This document shows, one piece after another, positions 58,583-64,000 of a stretch of DNA of 64,000 bases (positions are counted from its first letter, which is position 1; each line of letters starts with the position of its first letter). Origin of the DNA: Roseburia sp. (GTDB taxonomy: Bacteria > Bacillota > Clostridia > Lachnospirales > Lachnospiraceae); the NCBI GenBank assembly GCA_022771695.1, contig JALEKJ010000060.1:49397-113396 (forward strand), given 5' to 3'. The notes below the pieces were generated by a model that saw nothing but the letters and a program-made list of their open reading frames with translations, was not told the origin of the DNA and did no database searches. A program made the position numbers and the translations under genes.

Positions 58583-58612
58583 ATTGACAAATTTTATTGC
58601 ACGGTGCTAGAA
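58583..58612 (+). promoter_or_regulatory. candidate sigma-A promoter (extended -10)
   Basis: TTGACA-18 nt-TAGAAT with TGc immediately upstream of the -10. Confidence 0.55.
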
Positions 58613-58620
58613 TAACTTTC

Positions 58621-58677
58621 GGAAAAGAGCGTTAGCATATTATATTCGTATAATTTGCTGGCACTCTTTTCTTTTTT
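58621..58677 (+). terminator. terminator-like hairpin + T7 in the leader of the YitT-family gene
   Basis: GAAAAGAGCGTTAGC / GCTGGCACTCTTTTC (14 pairs, 1 mismatch) with a 20-nt AT loop, followed by TTTTTTT. Confidence 0.7.
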
Positions 58678-58729
58678 TGGTAAGTGCTTAGTAGGGCGCA
58701 TGATTTCAAATATTTGAGGTGAGGAAACT

Positions 58730-59602
58730 ATGAAAAAAGGCAAAACCATGCAATTTATAAAACAGTTACTCGGGGAGTGTGTCGGCAGTATTTTTGTTGC
58801 GGCAGGCATCTATAATTTTGCGGTGCAGGCAGGATTCCCAATGACGGGATTTTCCGGAATTTCAATTATTTTATATCAACTGTTTGGTGTGCCGATTGGC
58901 TTTTCAACGATTCTTTTGAATGTTCCGGTGGCAATTCTGTGTTATAAAATGCTGGGAAGACAGTTTTTTGTCAGTTCCATTCGCTGTATGGTGATATCTT
59001 CGGTCATCATCGACTATGTGGCACCATTATTTCCGATTTATGAAGGAGATAGATTGCTAGCAGCATTGTGTACCGGAGTTTTTTCCGGATTAGGATATGC
59101 GATTATCTATATGCAGAATTCTTCGACCGGAGGATTTGACTTTATTATTATGGCAGTAAAAGCGTGGAAACCGTATCTTTCTATCGGAAAGATTGCATTT
59201 GTTTTTGATTTCATGATTGTGCTGGTGGGCGGCGTTTTATTCCGGGATGTGGATGGTGTCATTTACGGAATGATTGTCAGTTTCCTTCTGGCGGTGGTTG
59301 TAGATAAGATAATGTATGGCACGAACGCCGGAAAGATGACATTGGTTGTGACGGAACGCGGTCGTGAAATCTGTAATGTGATTGACGATTGTTGTAAGCG
59401 TGGTTCCACAATCCTAAAAGGTCAGGGTGGTTACCATGGTGATGAAAAACAGGTTGTGATGTGTGCATGCAGCAACAAGGAAATGTATCTGGTGCAACGT
59501 GCAATCAAAGAAGTGGACCCTGCATCGTTTATGATTGTGCTGGAGTCCAATGAAGTTCACGGTGAGGGCTTTCATATGGTTGCGATTGCACAAGAAAAGT
59601 AA
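58730..59602 (+). CDS. YitT-family membrane protein (with C-terminal DUF2179-like domain)
   Basis: 5-6 TM segments followed by a soluble C-terminal domain (..TILKGQGGY..). GAGGTGAGG RBS. Confidence 0.75.
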   Translation: MKKGKTMQFIKQLLGECVGSIFVAAGIYNFAVQAGFPMTGFSGISIILYQLFGVPIGFSTILLNVPVAILCYKMLGRQFFVSSIRCMVISSVIIDYVAPLFPIYEGDRLLAALCTGVFSGLGYAIIYMQNSSTGGFDFIIMAVKAWKPYLSIGKIAFVFDFMIVLVGGVLFRDVDGVIYGMIVSFLLAVVVDKIMYGTNAGKMTLVVTERGREICNVIDDCCKRGSTILKGQGGYHGDEKQVVMCACSNKEMYLVQRAIKEVDPASFMIVLESNEVHGEGFHMVAIAQEK

Positions 59603-59687
59603 GAAAAGTGCATATTGTGCGCTTGTGTGTCTCACATAAATCTGTTATACTCTGGCGTATATATAAAAAAGAATATACGGGGGATTT

Positions 59688-61166
59688 ATGAGAGAAAGAG
59701 AGACGTTTGGATCGAGACTGGGATTTTGGCTGGTGTCAGCAGGGTGTGCCATCGGACTGGGAAATGTATGGAAGTTTCCATATATTTGTGGACAATATGG
59801 CGGTGCAGCATTTATTATAATTTATTTGGTGTTTCTGGTGGTTCTTGGATTGCCAATCCTAATCTGCGAATTTGCAGTGGGGAGAGGTAGTGGGAAAGGC
59901 ATGGGAAAAGCGTTTGAACAGTTGGAAACAAAAGGAACCTCATGGCACCATCTAAAGTGGATTAGTGTCTTGGGAAGCTATCTGTTGATGATGTTTTACG
60001 CTATGGTAGGTGGCTGGATGCTTTACTATGCATACAAGATGGCAAGCGGACAGATGGCAAATTTAAGCTCTGAACAGGTGACGATGACTTTTAACAATAT
60101 GCTTGGGGATGCACCGCTTTTGACAGGATGGATGATAGCCACTGTTTTATTGTCTTTTGCAGTCTGCACAATGGGATTACAAAACGGTGTGGAGAAGATA
60201 ACAAAGATTATGATGAGTATGCTGATTATGCTCATTGTGGTACTTGCTATACATTCGCTGGTGTTGCCGGGAGCGATGGAAGGGGTCAAGTATTATCTGA
60301 TACCTGATTTCTCATTGGTGAGAGAGCGGGGGATTGGAGTCGTCGTATATGCGGCTATGTCTCAGGCATTTTTTACACTTAGCATCGGTATTGGAGCAAT
60401 GGAGATTTTCGGAAGTTATCTGAAAAGAGAGCGCAGTATGCTCGGGGAAGCAACAGGAATCATTTTATTGGATACCTTTGTGGCATTGATGGCTGGATTT
60501 ATCATTATTCCAGCATGCTTTGCTTATGGTGTACAGCCGGATGCAGGACCATCTCTGTTGTTTATTACTTTGCCCAACATATTTAGCAGTATGAATGGCG
60601 GAAGAATTTGGGGCACCTGTTTCTTTGTGTTTATGTCATTTGCAGCATTGTCTACCGTGATTGCGGTGTTTGAAAACATTATATCTTTTTACATGGATAT
60701 GGCAGGATGGGGGCGCAAGAAAGCGGTAGGAATCAACATAGTTCTCATTATTTTACTTTCACTTCCGGCGGTGCTTGGATTCAATGTGCTTTCCGGTATT
60801 CAGCCATTAGGTCAGGGCAGTACGATTATGGATGTGGAGGATTTCCTTGTGTCTTACAATCTGCTTCCGCTTGGAAGTATGGTATTCGTTCTCTTCTGTG
60901 TAAAAAAGAACGGATGGGGGTATGAAAATTTTCTTGCGGAAGTGAATACGGGAGAGGGGAAAAAGCTGTCAGCATCAGGCGTTCTTCAAATTTATATGAC
61001 ATATCTGTTACCACTCATTATTGTAATTGTGTATTTAAAAGGTTATTATGATATGTTTAAAGGAAAGGAAATTCCGATACTGATAGGATGGATGATTTTT
61101 GCAGTAGCTCTTCTGGCAGTAATTTTTGGAGTAACTCTTCGGAAGCCGAGAGAAAAAGTGATGTAA
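59688..61166 (+). CDS. sodium-dependent transporter (NSS/SNF family)
   Basis: Signature GLGNVWKFPY near the N-terminus. About 11-12 TM segments. Confidence 0.85.
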   Translation: MRERETFGSRLGFWLVSAGCAIGLGNVWKFPYICGQYGGAAFIIIYLVFLVVLGLPILICEFAVGRGSGKGMGKAFEQLETKGTSWHHLKWISVLGSYLLMMFYAMVGGWMLYYAYKMASGQMANLSSEQVTMTFNNMLGDAPLLTGWMIATVLLSFAVCTMGLQNGVEKITKIMMSMLIMLIVVLAIHSLVLPGAMEGVKYYLIPDFSLVRERGIGVVVYAAMSQAFFTLSIGIGAMEIFGSYLKRERSMLGEATGIILLDTFVALMAGFIIIPACFAYGVQPDAGPSLLFITLPNIFSSMNGGRIWGTCFFVFMSFAALSTVIAVFENIISFYMDMAGWGRKKAVGINIVLIILLSLPAVLGFNVLSGIQPLGQGSTIMDVEDFLVSYNLLPLGSMVFVLFCVKKNGWGYENFLAEVNTGEGKKLSASGVLQIYMTYLLPLIIVIVYLKGYYDMFKGKEIPILIGWMIFAVALLAVIFGVTLRKPREKVM

Positions 61167-61236
61167 AGCGGAAGAAAAGTATGAAAATATTTTGCGCGAT
61201 GTAAAATGCAACGAAAAAGAACAAAGGAGAAATACG

Positions 61237-61689
61237 ATGAAAAAAGGCAAAGGATTTATCGAAGAATTTAAGAAATTTATTACACGTGGAAATGTGATGG
61301 ATATGGCAGTCGGTGTGATTGTCGGAGGTGCATTCACGGCGATTGTGAATTCCTTAAACCAAGATATCCTGACACCGATTCTTGGTATTTTCGGCGGAAC
61401 AGATTTTTCAAATTTGAAATTGACGCTGGGAAGCGGTGAGAATCCTCCGGTACTCTGCTATGGCAATTTCATTACGGCGGTTATCAATTTTCTGATTACA
61501 GCATTGGTTATTTTTCTGTTAATTAAGGGAATCAATGCGGTAAGCGCGCGCTTTATAAAAAAGGAGGAAGTGCCGGAAACATCAACGACAAAGACCTGTC
61601 CGTATTGCAGGAGCGTGATTGCAATCGAGGCCGTGCGTTGTCCGCATTGTACGTCGATGCTGGAGGAAAATAAAGAGAAAAGTTTGTAG
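61237..61689 (+). CDS. mscL: large-conductance mechanosensitive channel with C-terminal zinc-ribbon tail
   Basis: FKKFITRGNVMDMAVGVIVGGAF. ATG 61237 behind AAAGGAG. Tail CPYC..CPHC. Confidence 0.88.
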   Translation: MKKGKGFIEEFKKFITRGNVMDMAVGVIVGGAFTAIVNSLNQDILTPILGIFGGTDFSNLKLTLGSGENPPVLCYGNFITAVINFLITALVIFLLIKGINAVSARFIKKEEVPETSTTKTCPYCRSVIAIEAVRCPHCTSMLEENKEKSL

Positions 61690-61709
61690 AAGAATAAAGA
61701 AAAAGAGAA

Positions 61710-62264
61710 GTGAGTAAATTGTATAAGTTAGAAAAACTGAAAAAAGAAAATTTTGAGCAAGTATGGAGTATTATGGAGAGCAGTTTCCCGATTGATGAGC
61801 GCAGAACACGAGAAAATCAGGAAATGATTATAGACAATCCTCATTATTTCCTTTACGGTTGCCGAAAAGATGCGGAGATAATGGCATTTTTTGCGGTGTG
61901 GAAGCTTGAAAGTCTGGCTTTTGTGGAACATTTTGCGGTGGATGAACGTTTCCGTAATGGAGGCATTGGTGCAGGTTTGCTGCAGGAATTGCTGCAAGTT
62001 CTTGATGTGCCGGTAGTCTTAGAGGTGGAGTTCCCGAAAACAGAGTTACAACAGCGTAGGATACGTTTCTATGAGCGCAACGGGTTTGTGCTGAACCCGT
62101 ATGATGATTATGTGCAGCCTGCATTGTCTGATGCAGGCAAAGCGTTGCCGCTGATGATTATGACATATCCCAAGGACGTGTCGAGAGAGCAGTATGAGCA
62201 GATAAGAGATACGCTGTATCGTGAAGTGTATCATGTAAATGGAAAATGCGCAGGAATTGAATAA
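61710..62264 (+). CDS. GNAT family N-acetyltransferase
   Basis: Acetyl-CoA motif FAVDERFRNGGIGAGLL. GTG start with a weak RBS, so the start is uncertain. Confidence 0.65.
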   Translation: MSKLYKLEKLKKENFEQVWSIMESSFPIDERRTRENQEMIIDNPHYFLYGCRKDAEIMAFFAVWKLESLAFVEHFAVDERFRNGGIGAGLLQELLQVLDVPVVLEVEFPKTELQQRRIRFYERNGFVLNPYDDYVQPALSDAGKALPLMIMTYPKDVSREQYEQIRDTLYREVYHVNGKCAGIE

Positions 62265-62343
62265 AGATTCCTGCGCATTCTTGCCATGAGATAGGGAATT
62301 ACGCCCTGTTGAAAAAACGCACTGTGTACAGTTGTGTGCGATA

Positions 62344-63099
62344 TTACAGGGAAATCGTAAGCTCAACCGGGCAGTGGTCTGAGCCGAATACATCTGTATG
62401 AATTTTTGCATCTGTTAATTTGTTATCCAAAGAAGCGGAAGTAATAAAATAGTCAATGCGCCAGCCTGCGTTCTTCTCACGTGCCTTAAAGCGATAGGAC
62501 CACCAAGAGTAGATACCCTCCATATCAGGATAGAAATGACGGAAGGTGTCGGTGAAACCGGTGGAGAGCAGTGTTGTCATCTTCGCGCGCTCCTCGTCAG
62601 TAAAACCGGCATTTTTGTGGTTGGTCTTTGGATTCTTCAGGTCGATTTCCTCGTGTGCAACATTTAGGTCTCCACAGAGAATCAGAGGCTTTTTCGCATC
62701 CAACGCCTTTAAATAGGCAAGAAAATCATCCTCCCATTGCATGCGGTAAGACAGTCTTGCCAGCTCATTCTGAGAGTTTGGTGTGTAACAGGTTATCATG
62801 TAAAAATCTTCGTATTCAAGTGTAATTACGCGACCTTCATGGTCATGCTCCGGGATGCCGATGCCGTAGGAAACGGACAGAGGCTCTTTTTTCGTAAAGA
62901 TAGCAGTGCCGGAGTATCCCTTTTTCTCAGCGTAGTTCCAATACTGATAATAACCCGGCAGGTCTAAGACAATCTGGCCTTCCTGTAATTTGGATTCTTG
63001 AATACAGAAGAAATCGGCGTCTACAGATGCGAAAAAGTCTGCGAAGCCTTTTTGCATACATGCACGAAGTCCGTTTACATTCCATGAGATAAGTTTCAT
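62344..63099 (-). CDS. xth: exodeoxyribonuclease III
   Basis: ISWNVNG, IQESK and SDHCPV. ATG 63099 behind GGAGG (the ORF track starts 30 codons earlier). Confidence 0.9.
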   Translation of the reverse strand: MKLISWNVNGLRACMQKGFADFFASVDADFFCIQESKLQEGQIVLDLPGYYQYWNYAEKKGYSGTAIFTKKEPLSVSYGIGIPEHDHEGRVITLEYEDFYMITCYTPNSQNELARLSYRMQWEDDFLAYLKALDAKKPLILCGDLNVAHEEIDLKNPKTNHKNAGFTDEERAKMTTLLSTGFTDTFRHFYPDMEGIYSWWSYRFKAREKNAGWRIDYFITSASLDNKLTDAKIHTDVFGSDHCPVELTISL

Positions 63100-63249
63100 A
63101 AGATTCCTCCACTGTGTTATGATATAAAAATGAATTTTATATGAAAAAACAAATTTATTGCTTGACCGGATGGAACAAAGCAGTATCATTAAAATTATAA
63201 ACGCTTTGAAGAAAATCTACAACAAAAATTGCAGGGAGAGGAGAGAATT

Positions 63250-63993
63250 ATGCCAACTTGGAATCCATGGCACGGCTGTATGAAAATCAGTCCGGGTTGT
63301 AATCATTGTTATGTATATAGCCGGGATGCAGAGTTTGGAAAAGACGCGTCAAAAGTGTATAAAACCTCCAAGTTCGACCTGCCACTGCAGAAAAATCGCA
63401 GAAAAGAGTATAAGCTTCTGCAGGAAGAGGAACCGGTCTATACGTGTATGACCTCGGATTTTTTTATCAAGGATGCAGACGAGTGGCGCAGGGACGCATG
63501 GATGATGATGAGGGCTCGGGAGGATTTGCATTTTGTCATTATTACCAAGCGTATTCACAGATTTCCCGTTTCATTGCCGGAGGACTGGGGAGCGGGGTAT
63601 GAGAATGTTACGATTATGTGTGCGGCAGAGAATCAGAGCAGGGCAGATGACAGGATACCAAAGCTGTTGGAGCTTCCAATTCGTCACAAAGCAATTATCC
63701 TTGAACCAATGCTTGAGCATATCAATATAGAACCCTATCTGGCGAGCGGTCAGATTGAGCGTGTCGTCTGTGGCGGTGAATCAGGAGAAGATGCAAGAGG
63801 CTGTGACTTTGCATGGATATTAGACATGATGAACCAGTGTGTTGCATATGACGTGGCATTTCAATTTAAGCAGACAGGGACATTGTTCAAAAAAGGAGAT
63901 AAGGTTTATCGCATTGAGCAGGAGGACCAGACAATACAGGCAAAAAAGGCAGGGGTTGATTTTGATAGAAATTTTAACAGCGGGAAAGAATGA
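63250..63993 (+). CDS. DUF5131 (phage Gp37/Gp68-like) protein
   Basis: N-terminal TWNPWHGC..SPGCNHCY motif typical of that family. ATG 63250 behind GGAGAGGAG. Confidence 0.6.
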   Translation: MPTWNPWHGCMKISPGCNHCYVYSRDAEFGKDASKVYKTSKFDLPLQKNRRKEYKLLQEEEPVYTCMTSDFFIKDADEWRRDAWMMMRAREDLHFVIITKRIHRFPVSLPEDWGAGYENVTIMCAAENQSRADDRIPKLLELPIRHKAIILEPMLEHINIEPYLASGQIERVVCGGESGEDARGCDFAWILDMMNQCVAYDVAFQFKQTGTLFKKGDKVYRIEQEDQTIQAKKAGVDFDRNFNSGKE

Positions 63994-64000
63994 AAAAGTA

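Noticed and set aside
62245-62279. 13-bp perfect inverted repeat AATGCGCAGGAAT / ATTCCTGCGCATT straddling the stop codon of the GNAT gene, possibly a bidirectional terminator for GNAT/xth
   Set aside because: No T-tract follows on the plus strand and only a weak one on the minus strand. It is plausible but not well enough supported to list as a terminator.

Overview
This 64-kb window reads like a chromosomal segment from a mid-GC Firmicute of class Clostridia, possibly Lachnospiraceae. That placement is an inference from several things: Shine-Dalgarno-type RBSs, a perfect CIRCE operator, pdaA, era-yqzL-recO-glyQS and tgt-yajC synteny, PPDK, a giant activase/dehydratase fusion and a chemoreceptor. 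I call about 50 protein genes, mostly housekeeping. They include uppP, an ABC-F ATPase, a heterodimeric ABC exporter, htpG, aroC/aroA, tgt-yajC, a long co-directional leuB-ilvD-ilvB-serC-serA-DUF1015 block, mscS, csp, an M16 peptidase, era-recO-glyQS, ppdK, a YitT-family protein, an NSS transporter, mscL and xth. I saw no rRNA, tRNA, CRISPR array, intact IS, prophage or recognisable multi-gene defence or biosynthetic cluster. The only accessory-looking stretch is about 19.6-24.1 kb. It holds an Rpn-like nuclease, a GT2-MarR fusion, a GNAT-kinase-like fusion, a small membrane protein and an unexplained ~350-nt foldback element. Other points worth a second look:
- A perfect CIRCE/HrcA operator on htpG, next to a divergent 924-970-aa zinc-ribbon protein of unknown function.
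- An orphan BMP lipoprotein plus MCP pair bracketed by an exact 26-nt direct repeat.
- A repeat family sitting just 3' of intrinsic terminators.
- A promoter-plus-terminator mini-unit in front of the YitT-family gene.

All product calls are motif- and architecture-based readings of the translations. No database search was possible, so family names are informed assignments rather than verified hits.
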